Notes under the pieces: generated by a model | Told to the model about the DNA's origin: nothing | Database searches by the model: none | Seen by the model: the letters and a program-made list of their open reading frames with translations, nothing else | Shown: in pieces, positions 1 through 14,499 of the stretch | How the letters are laid out: each line of letters starts with the position of its first letter | Numbering within the stretch: the stretch's first letter is position 1 | Translations under genes and position numbers: made by a program | Source of the DNA: the human T2T-CHM13v2.0 reference genome, Homo sapiens | DNA length: 64,000 bases | Direction: 5' to 3' (one strand) | Assembly (NCBI RefSeq): GCF_009914755.1 | Contig: NC_060926.1

Positions 1-1225
1 GAAGATTGATAGCAGAGGAGAGTCTGTCCGGCTGATGAGTGATGTAACTTTGCCATGAATGGAGCAGCAGACTAGTGTCCAGATGGACCACTTAGCAAAG
101 GTACAGGGAGAGCCACAGAGAGTGATTGAGGCTGCCAGTCAAGGACAGGAGCTAAGTGGGTGCAAAGGAAACCTGAAGCTCAGTCCCGTGGATTTGCCGT
201 GAAATTCCTCCTGCCTGAGGTCAGGCCCAGAGGGAGAAGCTGGAGTCCAAATCTTGCGGCCCAGCTATGAGGAAGACGGAACACAGTGTGGGCCCTAGGC
301 CTGACCCGCCAAAAATTGGTGAGATGGAGACAGATGAAGCCACAAACAAGGGAATGAACACCAGGACCCATGTGGCTTTGGATTTCCAAAGAAAGTCAAC
401 AAAAAGTACCACCTGTGATGAAACAAATGTACCCTGTGATTCAGATTCTGAGAACTTGAAGCCATGATCTCAGCAGCTAAAATAGAACCACCTGTCAATA
501 CAGCAGTCTCTTGGAAATGCATCAACAGTGAGAAAGGAATGCTGTTCTAATGATGCTCAGGAGGCCAGTTATCAACAGAACAGATATTTTTCTGCAACAA
601 AGTGACAGCAATGAGTGGTGATAGCGGCAGTATTGCAAAAGCTCAGCCCGATTTTTTTTGCCTTGCAATGGTCACTGCCTTTTGGACATGGATATATGTT
701 AACACAATGTAGAAGAGCAGTCTCCAGTGCTTGTGCTGTGGTTTGATAATGCTCCCAAGCTTTAGCCCGGTCGCAGCACAGCAGGGCTCAGGGACCCCCG
801 ACAGGCTGGACTGCCTGTTCTCCTCCCTCCACTTAGGTTGACCCTACCCCCACCGTGCCACAGCCCCAACTTTGCCCCTTCACTCTCTAGGAATCCCTCA
901 AGCCCATGCAACCCTGGGAACCTTCCAGACTTTTCCACCAAGCTCTACCTTTCTTCCCTACAGTCTGTTAGACCCATTCCTGAGTGTTTCTTCAAATAAA
1001 AAAAAAAAGCAATTGCAATATCTAATTTTTTGTATGACCTCAATTAAATAATGATATACACTTCAGAATAATATAAAAGTACATTTTATATGTGCTATTC
1101 TTGATTCGTTCTATCAAGCTTGAGCGTCAATTTTTTTTTAGCAAAGGTAAGCTTCCTGCTAGATTCTTTCTAAGAAAATGGCCTGTTCTTTCCAAAACAA
1201 CCTGTATTATTGTAACTGGTCCAGA

Positions 1226-1399
1226 TCAATGTTTTAATACGGGATCAACAGATTCAAAGAGTCTATGATCCTCCCACAGTTGAGTGCAAAATTGCATCTA
1301 TGGATGAGGGTTTTTCTGGAGATAAGGGTCCATGTTTGTATGTGATTCTAAAAGGCAGTTGTGCCACTCCTCACCCCCCAAAAGTTTAAGCATCACTGC
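1226..1399. mobile_element. Probable hAT-Charlie-type DNA transposon remnant
   Basis: Ends in AAAAGTTTAAGCATCACTG, resembling Charlie-type termini (..GGTTAAGAACCACTG). Heavily diverged, family uncertain. Confidence 0.4.
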
Positions 1400-2589
1400 T
1401 TCAATTAAAAATTTTAATGCAAATCTTCTGGAAGATCCAGTTCGATTACTTTAAATGTTTAATCCATGTTCAAGAGGCATGATTTTAAGTGGTATTTTTG
1501 TTTGTGAATGAGAACACAAGAGTATTATAGAGGCTCTTTGTAAAGCATTCGGCTTTGTAATCCAGGTGGAAAAAATAGGACATGATAAGATGAGAGCTGT
1601 CTCCTCACTGTTGAGTCTGGGATGGGAAGAGCTGCAGACACCTGTGCAGGGAGCATTGACAAAGAGCACAAGTGAATTATGCCTTGAGCAGGTTTTGCTA
1701 ATGGTTTTCTTAATCATTCCCATACCTCACACAGTGAAAGCCTTTGAATCCACTGATTCTGTCACATATAAAGCATTGAGTGGGCTCACTCTGGAGCAAT
1801 TCCAAAATTACATTTCTCATCTTCCAGAGTGCTCAATACAATCTAAATAGTTACAAAATAAAATCCGGGAAGTCTAAGACATCACTCACTTACTTCAACC
1901 ATTCTGAGTAAAATGAACTTTTAGTTCATTGAAAATCATATGTAAAGATTTTTATTTTCAAGATGTGAATCTTTGGAGGAGTAGCCCCCTCAGTGGAGAT
2001 ACTTCCCATTGGAACACAAAGTAATGGGATAAATACACTGTGCACAGGAATTATTTTATCCAGAATATATCCAGATATTGAGGGAAGAGGAGGGGAGGGA
2101 AGAGAAGGAAAGGAGCCCTTCCAGCTCTGAAAAGGACGGGAGATAATGCCTGTAGGACAATGCGTTATCCAGGCTCCACTGATGATTCAGAACCCATATG
2201 GTTTGACTGAGCTGAATTCCCAGGTGGGAAAAACGCCTTTGGCCCCACACACTTTCCTGCCATCATGCGGGAAGCAGGTCTTGTGGCTCGTGGGCTCCTA
2301 GCCCAGCTGTTGAATATTTGCTGATATTTTCGTTTGCAATTAACTCTCTTCTATTGTTTGTCATGTCCTGGAGTCTCCATTTATAAAAAAACGAAATTCC
2401 CTGGCAGCAAATTTTGGAGAACTTTTTCATTTAGATTATTAAAAGATGTCAAACACCATCTCACCAGATGACCACCCGCCCTCTTCAACAAGAGGGAATG
2501 AGGCAGCCATCCGCGCTCATTCCCCGACACCACCCTCCCGGAGGAAGGAGAGAGGAGAGTGCTGGTAACGTTTCCTGGGCTTCTGTCTT

Positions 2590-2760
2590 GTGGGTGGGAT
2601 TTCACGCCCTCCTCCCAACCATCCGATGGCTGATTTCCCTCCATTTTATAGCTGAGAAATTGAAACCCCAGCAAGGCAAAGTGATTGTTCAAAGCTACAT
2701 AGATAAAAACAACATAGAACCAGAACCCTAACCCAAGTTAGCATTTCCAAAGCTCATGGG
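2590..2760 (-). mobile_element. MIR fragment
   Basis: CCATTTTATAGCTGAGAAATTGAAACCCCAG..AAGTGATTGTTCAAAGCTACATAG matches the reverse MIR core. Confidence 0.65.
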
Positions 2761-3919
2761 AAGAACCCCGGGAAACCCTAGAGGCTGTGCCAGATTTGGC
2801 CCAGATCTCAAGGAAACTCCCCATGCCTTTTGGGGAAAAAATAGACTTCCTTGGTGGTGACACACCACAGATTCTATGTCAATGGAAGTCGGCTGTCTAC
2901 TATCATTCTTTCAAATATGAAAAAAAGACTCAGAATTGGCTGCTTGAGATCCTTGGGCTGGAAGGGGTCTGTTCCTTCATCCTAGATTCTGTGTCCTAAA
3001 GGAAACAGATTCAATAAGAGACATTCATCACATTTTCATTCTCATCTTTCTGTTTAGGATTATTCATCTTTTTGTTTACTCTGCCTCATTCTAAAAAGGA
3101 TTTGAGGTGCCTTTTTCCGTTTAGTTTCTATCCCTTTGAAATTTAAAAGGATACCTTTCATCAGAAAGATTGCCCTACATGGCCCTTCAACCTGAAATCA
3201 TATTCAATCATATTCCAATGAATATGATTTCCCAAGCTATTTTGCAATTCTGTAAATTAGTTTTCATTTAGCCTACTCAAAACCTTTTTCATTTTCCATG
3301 TCTGGAAATCTTTTTTAAGAAAGAGACACACACGCATGCACACAAGGAAATAGTTTGAAAACAAAGACTCAAATAAATCCAGAGCTTCCATTTTGAAGTC
3401 ATTTATTTGGTTTTCTCCAAGCACTGCTTTTTAAAATCAGCCTGTCCCTCCTATCAAGTTCTGGGACTTCTGTTAGTTCCTAATTGTCCTGTTTAAAATG
3501 GGAGCAGTGGAAATAGTCAAAGACCACAGTGGGAGAGCCGTGCACACTGACTGTGAAATAGAAAGTCAAATTTCAGTAAATTTGAGGCACTCATCCACCC
3601 TTGCCTTTGCCACGCCCATTCCTAGACTGCAAGAAGGAGCGCCCCATTTCTTTCTCTTTTTCTCACTCTTTCTCTCTCTTTTTGCACGAATCCTGGGAAA
3701 GGAGTCCCCGTTCTTTTCCTCAGGGAGGAAGCTAAGAAAGGATTTATTAAGTCCTGCAATTAGGGTAGGAGGAGAGTGGAATTTAATATGCTCTTGGTGT
3801 TTGAAAGACCCAAAGGAGAATCCTCAAAAGAAAATGTTTTGGAAGAGCTCCAAGAAACCTCCAAAGAAATATAGCAAATTTTGTTTTTTTACTGTTTATT
3901 TAACAACTTGGATTTCACA

Positions 3920-4268
<349 letters not shown>

Positions 4269-6316
4269 TAGAACAATAATCTGTTTGACTCAAACTGAAT
4301 GTGTATCCTGTGATAGCAACATTTTAAAACTCTTCTCATCAGGCAGGGTAACTAGACCTCCTTTGTCACCTACTGGGGTCCTTTGTCACTTACGGGGGTC
4401 CTTGTTAGATATGGAGTAGCGGATTCGAGATCTTCAACTCTTCCTGGTAAAATCTAACAAAGCAACACCTGTTCTGCAACTTGTGGATTATAACAAAGCA
4501 ATGCAGAAAGAGAAGGCCTGGACATCCCCTACCAATGCCCTCCCTCTGTGAATGAGAGCACCTGTAAGAATATGCCGACCTGCAGCCAGGCTTAGGCCAA
4601 GCTCCTCAGAGGTGGGTCTCCTTCCCATTACAAAGGCAATTAAGAAACTCCAGATTAATTACCCAGATATTTGAAAAAATTACTTTAAAACATATTCCTA
4701 GCATTGCAGATAATAACCATGAGGCAGAAAGTTCCATATCTGGTGTGATTTGAAAAGCTAGACGCCACCATGCAAATGTAAAACACATTCCACATTCTGA
4801 AATATACGGCAGCCAGACAAGATTTTGTCTGCACTTATACTGCTAATTATAAACATCAGGCAGAGACTAGTTCCATTTCAACATTAAAGAAGAAAGGTGC
4901 ATTAGAAAATGCTTCAAGAAATATTGCACAAATGCCCACTCCATTCCAACTCCTTGCCACGTGACGCTGCTGGATCCAAATTGGAGCTTGGCACTTATTC
5001 CTGTCTTTTCCTTCTTGGCAATGAACTAAGGTGCTACTGACCTTTCCAAAACTGTGGTGTTCCACTGTAAATGATTAAAGTGGCTGAAAGGTGCTCTCTT
5101 TGTAAAGAGAAAAGTTAGATATTTTGTCTGTTTTCTAGTCTAATTTATAATCAAGTAGAGAAGATAAAATCATTCTTGAAAACAGAAACCTTTTCAAAAA
5201 TCAAGTTGGAACATCTGATAAAATATCATCCATGCTGGATTTATTGCAGTAACCTGGGAAATTCTACTTCCTTACTGCCTCTGTCAGCAATGGTCGGCCA
5301 ATCTCTCCCAGCCTCCCTTTTGTGTAAAAGAAGGCTCCCTGCCTGTTGCTCGAACAGGCCATAGTCCTGCGACTGCTCTCTTCCATCTGTTGCCCTGGGC
5401 TCTGATGAATGATGGGTTTTCTGCAGCCCCAGTTAGAAACAGAGCACCCTGGTGCACCGCCGGGCCGGCTGTGGGTTTAGCTGAGTTGGCGCTAACTCTG
5501 GGTACCGGCCCTGGGCTGCTGAATCAACTAATGAAGATTCCAGAAGTGAAAAACCAGTTTCCTGGAATGGTTTCCCTTGAGATCTGAGTCAACTCCAGCT
5601 GCTGTTCAATTTTTAATTTTGAAATTAAACCGAGCCATGAGCTCTTCCTTCCAGTGACCAATTCCTGATGCTCTGGGTTCCTGAAAACCTAATGTATAGC
5701 ACACACAGGGGGTTTTACAGAAACATTTCCCATTGTACTTTTCCCTGGCCACTTGCAATTCTCAAATGTTTCTCTGTATTTCATGAGTTTAAACTTCAGG
5801 AGAACAGTAGGATCATACTATGCTGAATGCAGCCAGACCCCTACAAGACTAACAATTTGCCTTTGGGAGAAGGTTTGGCAGAACTTTTCGTATTTGTTTT
5901 TTTCTTCTCTCCTTTTTCTTTCCAGATTTTTTTAAGCAACAGTTACTCCTCTGCTGAATCAACTTAAAAGAGGCTACTCCAAGGAAGACTGGGAATGGGA
6001 AGAGTACCTTTCTCCACATGGCACCCTAAAATACACTCTTAAAGGCTTGTCCCCCTTGAAATGTCCAGATTCCAAGATGTCTGCATATTGGAAACATCAG
6101 ACAATTCTGCTACTAGCTCTGTGGCCCTGTCACTGGGCATACCTCTCTGAGCTCTCTTTCTTCATCTGAAGCATAAAGGGCGTGGAGAAACCATCCACCA
6201 AGGTAGTCGTTTTTTTGATATTTCAATTAGCCAAACAGAAATTATATGTTTGCCAACCAGAAGAGAGGGGGCTATGTCTTAGTCATTTTTTTAATATTCC
6301 CCAAGAATGTATTCTC

Positions 6317-6455
6317 TTTTTTTATTATTTTATTATTATTATACTTTAAGTTTTAGGGTACATGTGCACAACATGCAGGTTTGTTACATATGTATACATG
6401 TGCCATGTTGGTGTGCTGGACCCATCAACTCGTCATTTAGCATTGGGGATATATC
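6317..6455 (-). mobile_element. L1PA 3' end fragment (about 140 bp)
   Basis: TTATTATACTTTAAGTTTTAGGGTACATGTGCACAACATGCAGGTTTGTTACATATGTATACATGTGCCATGTTGG is the reverse complement of the primate L1 3' terminus. Confidence 0.93.
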
Positions 6456-6551
6456 CCCTCCCTGAACCTCAGGGCTCAAGGCCATGATGCACAATAGGTC
6501 TTGTTAAACTTAAGTAAACATGAGAACACAAAGACCAACCAAAGGGTTAGG

Positions 6552-6591
6552 TTTTTGTTTTTTTTGTTTGTTTGTTTGTTTGTTTGTTTTG
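6552..6591. repeat. (TTTG)n microsatellite
   Basis: TTTG run directly visible. Confidence 0.9.
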
Positions 6592-7324
6592 CTCTGAGCT
6601 AGAATTGTCTCCCTCAGAGTCTTAATGCTGGTTATCTCAAGCGAACAGACATAAATCTGAGAGTCAGTAATATATATTTGTATTAATAAATATTCAAGAC
6701 GAGACATTCATAATCATAGCTTGTGTGAATTTTTAAAAGTATGTTAAAACCCATTGTCCATTATTAGGGGAAAGTATCAAAGGACATGTCACGAGCACCC
6801 TTACAGTTCTAAAATCCGGTAATTCTACAGGGATACGCAATGGCATGAATATGCAAACCTACTTTGGTTCTCAAGCACCCGACTGTTCATTTAAACCTCT
6901 GTAATTAGATATGGGTAAAATGCTTCCTATAAAATGTCTTATTTGCTGAATACCCTTGTAATGCAATTGTTTGGGAACAAAGATGCCTCCTTTGATGGCA
7001 CAATTTCATCTCAATACACTTACACCTGAGCAGAGAAGAAAAACAAAGCTCTAACGTATGTACACTTCCGTTATTATGAACAGCCACAATAAATATAATA
7101 ATGACAATCATGTATTGAAATATCAGTCCTAAAACTGCCCGCAAGCTCTGCTGAGATGGTCATCACTGAGTTACTACAAACCCTGAAACTCCACCCTGGG
7201 AGACTCCAGGCACCACTTCAGAGATTTTTCTGAAGCTCGCAGAGATACACCTCCCTCTAGAGGAAAGAAAACCAAACTGCCTTTTCAAAAACAGACCAGG
7301 ATGAACGTGCTAACTCAAAATTTC

Positions 7325-7682
<358 letters not shown>

Positions 7683-10600
7683 TAAAAATTATATTTTTCA
7701 AAATTAACAAAGTGAATTGTTGAAGGGAATATCTCTGCAAAATCAGGACCTGTGGAATACTCCCTGGAAATAAGACATTCATGACCACACATTAGAGGGG
7801 GCAAGCAACATGTTTTATTTAAAGAATAGGATTGTCCTTTCTTTGCACTGAATTTTTACACTGAATTCCACTGAAGTTTTACAGTGGAAACAGAGAAGCT
7901 GTATCTAGAAACGGGAGAATGAAGATAACCATTCTTGTCTAGTTCATGGCTGTCTGAATTAGTAGGAAACTTTAAAGCTCCCCCACTTTAAAATTTGGAG
8001 GGTTTGCGGCTTTCATTTTCTTAGCTAGAGCTAATAGGATTTTCTTTAAATGTCAGGTCCCTCCTCAAATCGTCAGCTATTTATGTAGCAGTGATGTATT
8101 TTTTACTGCCTGCTTGCTGCAGCCAGGACACCATGAAAAGTTTGCTCCCGTAAGTCAGGGTGGAAAAGCTGCCTGGTACACAACATCCCTGTCAGATGGA
8201 AACCGCCTGCAATCCTTCCCCCAAGAGATAGCAGATTTTCAGCTTCTTCCAAAAAGAGCAGTGACAAAACTGAACTTTCAAATAAAAATTTTTGCTAAAG
8301 CTGTTACTGCGCCTGCAAGGAAGTGTCACGCAATAGTATTCACGACTTGCCGGTGAATTTTAAGTCCTAAACATGGAATTTCACATATAAGTGGGAGGTG
8401 ATATCAACCGCTGGTGAAGACTACGCTTGATCCAGTTGTCTGAACACTCTGAGCAAGGAAACAAATGAAACCTCGCTGGCAAAAAGTCACTGCCAGCTTC
8501 CAAAGCTTCCAAAGAAGGCGGTCTTGTTTCAAGCTGGCTTTAGGCATCCAGGTCTATGGGTTCCGTTCCTGAAACTAAGGTCAGGATGAGCAGCCTCATT
8601 GGAACCATAAATCAACAATCGACTGAAGAGAGGAGCTTCTTCCTACTTTCTCATCGGGGACGTATTAAGTTCTAGGATAGGAAATCACAAAAGGCACTGA
8701 TGATAAAGTCAGTGCAATTTGCTGAGTCCTGAATGCTTTAGAAATAAAATGAAGTGGGAAGTAAAGACAATTTTTCAGAAAGGTGCCTACCTCGTATCAA
8801 AAATATCATTCAGACCCCAGGTTTGGACATTTGCCACATGTCCCCTCACCTGTGGGCCACAACTATAGTGGGGTGGAACACGCTCCCTGCCAAGCAGGGA
8901 AAGAGCGGGGCCAAGGGCTAACATTCTAGAGGCTTCCCCAGCCACCTCCCAGAAAGGTGCTGTAGCCACACCCTCCAATGCCTGGATAGGAAAAGCCAGG
9001 ACAGCCTCACTTCACCCCAACATGGAATTCCTTCCCAAGCCCTCTGCTCCACTCAGTGTCTGCTTCCTGGCTTCTCTCGACCATGAGTGAGGAAAGGAGA
9101 GAACTAAACCTCTGGGTAGCAAGAAACCCCCTAAACAAAGAAGTCCAGACAGGCAGCTGTTCCTAGATCCTGATCTTTGTAAAAGCCACGCCTCCCCACC
9201 CAGGCTTTCATCCTCAGCTACAAGCCCACTTCAGAAAGAAGAGCATACAGGTCCCCTCCTTCAGCGCCCTCCACCCCCAGGAGGTGGCCTGAGCAGGGCG
9301 GCCAGCCCCGGTATTCCGGTCACGGAACCGATGCCCCCGCCCCACGGTCCACCTCCCTTCTTTCTCGGTTCATTGGTAGAGTCTTAGTGAGCCCAAAGCA
9401 GTTTTCCCAACGAGATGTGAGTTATTTGGGATCCTCCGTCACTGGCTTGTCTGCTCTCCTTCAATGGGGAAGGATTTCACTGCCATCTCAGGCACTCGCT
9501 CCCTGGCCTGGGCAAGGAATTCCGCATCTCAGAGCCCCTGGTTGCTCATTTTGAAAACCAGGAAACTACTGCATCAGTGGCTTCTGACCAAAAATCTATT
9601 CCATTATCTTTAGCCCAACAAAAACCTCAGAAGTCCCAGTAATGTCATCAACGGCCACCCACTCAGTTTTCAATATAGTTTTGCTTAGGAGCAATGTAAC
9701 TTCGATTTTAAAGCCATTTCGGTTGTTTTTTACAGCATTAAGAATGGGACCCTGGGGAGCTGGGGGATCCCAGGTTGAGCATCCACCATCCCCGTGAGCT
9801 CTGAGCACCCTGCAGCTCTAGCACCCTGTGGTCCTCGCCGGGGTGAGCTGTATGTGGGGAGAGAAGCCAGTCAGCCGGGGCCACAGCCCTGCCTCCCCAT
9901 CCAGCACAGCAGACTCCCCTGTGCTCAGAGGGGTTTGCTCCTGGGGTCTGCACCGGCCTCGAAACTGGCTCCTGGAGCTTCCTGTGGAAGCAGATTTTTC
10001 TTTAACCACTCCCTAGTCCCTCCCAGTGACCCCACCCATACTTCAATACCCGTTCATTATCTAACATAGTAGGCCCCTTGAAACAGGTTCCCCAAACAGG
10101 CTGGCCACTGTCAGCGAACGTGTCCATCCTCAGCAAGAGAGGGCCCGAGCCCCACCCTGCATCCTCCGGGCCAGAGAACAGCCCTCGGGGCCTCCCAGCT
10201 CGGCACTGGCCTCACCTCTGTGCAGCATGGGCTGGCCCTGCAGCCCCAGGGGCCCTGCCTTAGACACTCAGCATGCTGCCCAAATGCCCAATTCCTTCTT
10301 CTCCTCTGACCCCTGCAACTCCTTTAAGCAACCCCAAGGGACAAAGTCTCCAATAGAGACTTCAGGTTCCTGGAAAGACGAAAGCTTGACGGCAATGACT
10401 GAGCGACCCTTTACTTGGCCCTGATCCTGAGCACCAGAGTTACTCCAATCTTGTGAAAGCAGCAAATGTGCTCCACCAGGACCTTCCCATGGGCGGCCCT
10501 GGGCAGAAAACCCATGCAGGTTGTTGCACCCTGACCTAGTGTCACCACCCAGAGAGCTCAGAGAACATCTCCCAGCGGAGCCGCCCGGCAGGGAGCTATG

Positions 10601-11234
10601 CTAGTCCTCAGCAAAGACGCTTCTGCAAACAAAGCGGATCCCGAATGGGTTTTAGAAGGCGGCAGTAACTTAAATAAATCATGGGCCGAAACACACTGCC
10701 GCCCGGAATGCACAGGGCGCGTGTAGCAGCCACAGACACGCGGTGGAAAAGTGCTCACACTCTTAGGCAATCATGACCTTAACCAATTTAAGGAAATCCC
10801 ATTGCCATAAAGTGAGAAAGAAAAATCAGCGGAATCTTCCAGAGACCTAAAACATGTACAGAAAACTGGCGATCAGCATGAACGTAAGAGCCACTAACGC
10901 TACCTAGAAAGGATCACTTCAGGTTAAGAGCATTTCCTTCTAGCCCCAAACCTGGAAAAACAGAAGAGAAATCACACTTACCCCTGAGCAAACCTGAAGG
11001 CGTGTGTCCCTGGGCTCCTCGATTCAATTAGGTTTGAATAGGATGCATACTTTTCCCACTCACTGCGTCTCTTTTTCTTTTTGCAGCCTTTCTCCACCAA
11101 AAAAGTGGAGACTCAGAGCTGCGGAGGAAAACTCTTGCAGTCCTTGCAGGAGGCTGGAGCCCAGGAGAACTGAACGGCCTTTGGTGGAAGACTGAGCTCC
11201 AAACTGGACTGGGGCCAGGGATACCAGTCAGGGC

Positions 11235-11293
11235 TTCCTCCAGCTCCTCCTCCTCCTCCTCCTCCCTCCCCGACCCCTCCTCTCCCCCTCCTC
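11235..11293. repeat. (CCT)n / C-rich low-complexity tract
   Basis: CTCCTCCTCCTCCTCCTCCCTCCCC.. directly visible. Confidence 0.85.
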
Positions 11294-11899
11294 ACTGCAG
11301 AACTGACCCAAAACTGTAAATGAAACCAGACTCCTCCACTCTGTTTCTTCTGGCCCCCGCTCAGGCTGATGTCACCCTCTGAATTCTGTCTTCACCCTAC
11401 AAGCGTTTAGCTGGACTCCTGCAAGCCCCAACTCTTAAAAAAAAAAATTGACCACTCCTACTCGTCACCTTTTGGGCTGGGCCCTTGGCGTCAAAAAGAA
11501 TAAATTTTGGAATTTCTTCGTGGGTATCCATGGTTTTCCTGCAATGTTTTCCAACACCATCTGAAAGGAAAACAGGAAATGCAGTCCCCCGCTTACCCTC
11601 ACCACACCCTCCCATTTCTTCTTGAAGTTTCTGAATTGAGACTTCTACTAATAACTTCCCCCTTCAAATAGAAAAACCAGCAATTAAAATCGCCTTGGTT
11701 TTCTGTTAACCAAAGCTCTGTTCACCGGCAAAAAAAAGGAGGCTACATTTCTCTTAATTTCTATATCTAATGATTCTGATTGTGGCGCTTATAGGCCCAT
11801 TCTAGGCACAGACGGGGTAATAAAAATGGTTATCTTGCCAAAGCTTCGGGAAAATACTTGAGTAAGAACTTCTGTTTCTAGAAAGCTTTGCACATTTCA

Positions 11900-12507
<608 letters not shown>

Positions 12508-13243
12508 TCACTGCTCTCCCATCATGTGGTCCTTATGAAAAGTCCATTAATGTGAAATATCAAGAGACATCCGAAAGGTTCTTTTTGACTGAGAGATCCT
12601 TCCAAACCAAGTTTGAAGAGCAAAGAAATCATTAACTCCTTTCCATGGATTATCTCCCTCCAATTTAGGGAAGAAAGGAGACAGCACCCCAGAGAGAATG
12701 CCTGCTCCCCTCTGCAGCTCCAGGGCTCCCTTCCTCTCCCATAAAGAAGCCCAACCCATCTCTAAACCAAAGGGCTCACTTGCAGAGCACTGGAGTAGGG
12801 AACAAGGATGGAACCTGAATTATGGGGTTCTTAGGTGAAGACACGCTGAGCAGAGGCTCCGAGTATAGAACCGCGCTGCCTGCATGACATGTAGAAGGAC
12901 AACACGCCCCTCCAGCGGCATCCAATTCTCTGCCCTCATCCTCTCTGCACAGTGCAGGCGTTGACTCAAGCCCCTACAGAGACCGGGGATACTTGCTGCC
13001 ACCCCCTTGGTTAGAGTCTGCAACTTCAGCACTAAGGAGGACTATTTCTCCCAGAACATTGTCTGCTGCGAAGAAGACAACCTTTGATTACAACCCCATG
13101 CTCCAAGCAGCTCAGCAAACTGAGGTTAACTGAACAAGCACGTTTTAGGTGTTTCCACTCCACGGTTTCTTTCAAATACAAATACACTCTTTTTCGCAAA
13201 ATCGCTAGGCAGATGCATTCCTTGGTATTGAAAGTTTCTATTA

Positions 13244-13582
13244 CAGTCGACCTCGTATCCATGGGTTCTGCATCCATGGATTTAACCAACTGTGGTTCAA
13301 AAATGCTTTTTAAAGTAGATGATTGCATATATACTGAACATGTACAGATGTTTTTCCTTGTCATCATTCTCTAAATGACACAGTATAACAACTGTTTACA
13401 TGGCATTTACACTGTATTAGGTATTATAAGTAATCTAGAGATGGCTTGAAGTACACAGAAGGATGTGCATAGGTTATGTGCAAATACTACACCACCTTCC
13501 TTCAGGGATTGGGGCCTCTGTGGATTTGGGTATCCATGGAGGTTCCTGGAATCAGTCCCCCATGGATACCAATGGATGGCTA
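13244..13582 (-). mobile_element. MER2 (TcMar-Tigger non-autonomous element), near full length
   Basis: Termini CAGTCGACCTCGTATCCATGG and CCATGGATACCAATGGATGGCTA are degenerate inverted repeats flanked by TA. Internal GTATTAGGTATTATAAGTAATCTAGAGATG is typical of MER2. Confidence 0.9.
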
Positions 13583-14499
13583 TATTTAAACAGCAAGGGC
13601 AAGAAATCATTTAGAACATGATTTAAAGAAATAAAAGCTCCCATTCAGTAGGAAACCATAATCTTTAATATTTAGCTGCACCTACTCATTGATGATCCAG
13701 ATCCTCTTCAGCACTGCCCATGGCTCTAGAAACTTCCAGAAACTCATGGTAAACCTCCCTTGTGCTAACAAGAGAGAATTTGGGTTCTATGGCAGCTTTC
13801 TTCCTTAATCACCACTATGTGGATTCCCACTTACATTTCCAGTTCCTCTCTGCTACCTGATCCCAGGAGGAAAACAACCTCAAAAGTTTGAGCTGCCCTA
13901 AACGTCCTGAGTCCTGGATCTAGGCCCGGCCATCGGTGGGACCTCATAAGTCACTGAATCTCTCAGTTCACCTCATAAGTCACGGAATATCTCAATTCTG
14001 TTTCCCCTTCACTGCAGGCTTGAACTGGCTCTTGGCACCTCTTCCCATTTTCTTCCCTTATCTTGTCCTTAACTACACAAGTTAGCAAGTTCAGAACTCC
14101 ATTTTCCAAGCTCCCTTGTAGCTGTGGCCCTGATGGGGATGGGGCCTCCCCATCCAGATACACGGCTATGGGATTGGAAGGTGGCCTGAGGGATGGCGAT
14201 TTTCTGAGACTTTGGCTGCCCTTTCTCCTGCGGGCAAGGACAGTGTGGAAGGTCCCATGGGTGCCTCTGCAAGACTCCCCTCAGATGAGAGTCAAATGTT
14301 AGTGGTTCACACCCACGCCCTTTCCTGGAGGACTGTTCGTGGATGCTGGGATCTGTCTCTTCTGGACACATTGGGGTGTGTGAGGTGGGTGGAATTCCAA
14401 GATGACCCCCAGGAGTCAAGCCCTTGCGTAATCCACCCCCCTTGCGTGCAAATGGAAGCTGAGCCCTGATTCCAGCCTTTGAACACGACAAAAATGAAT

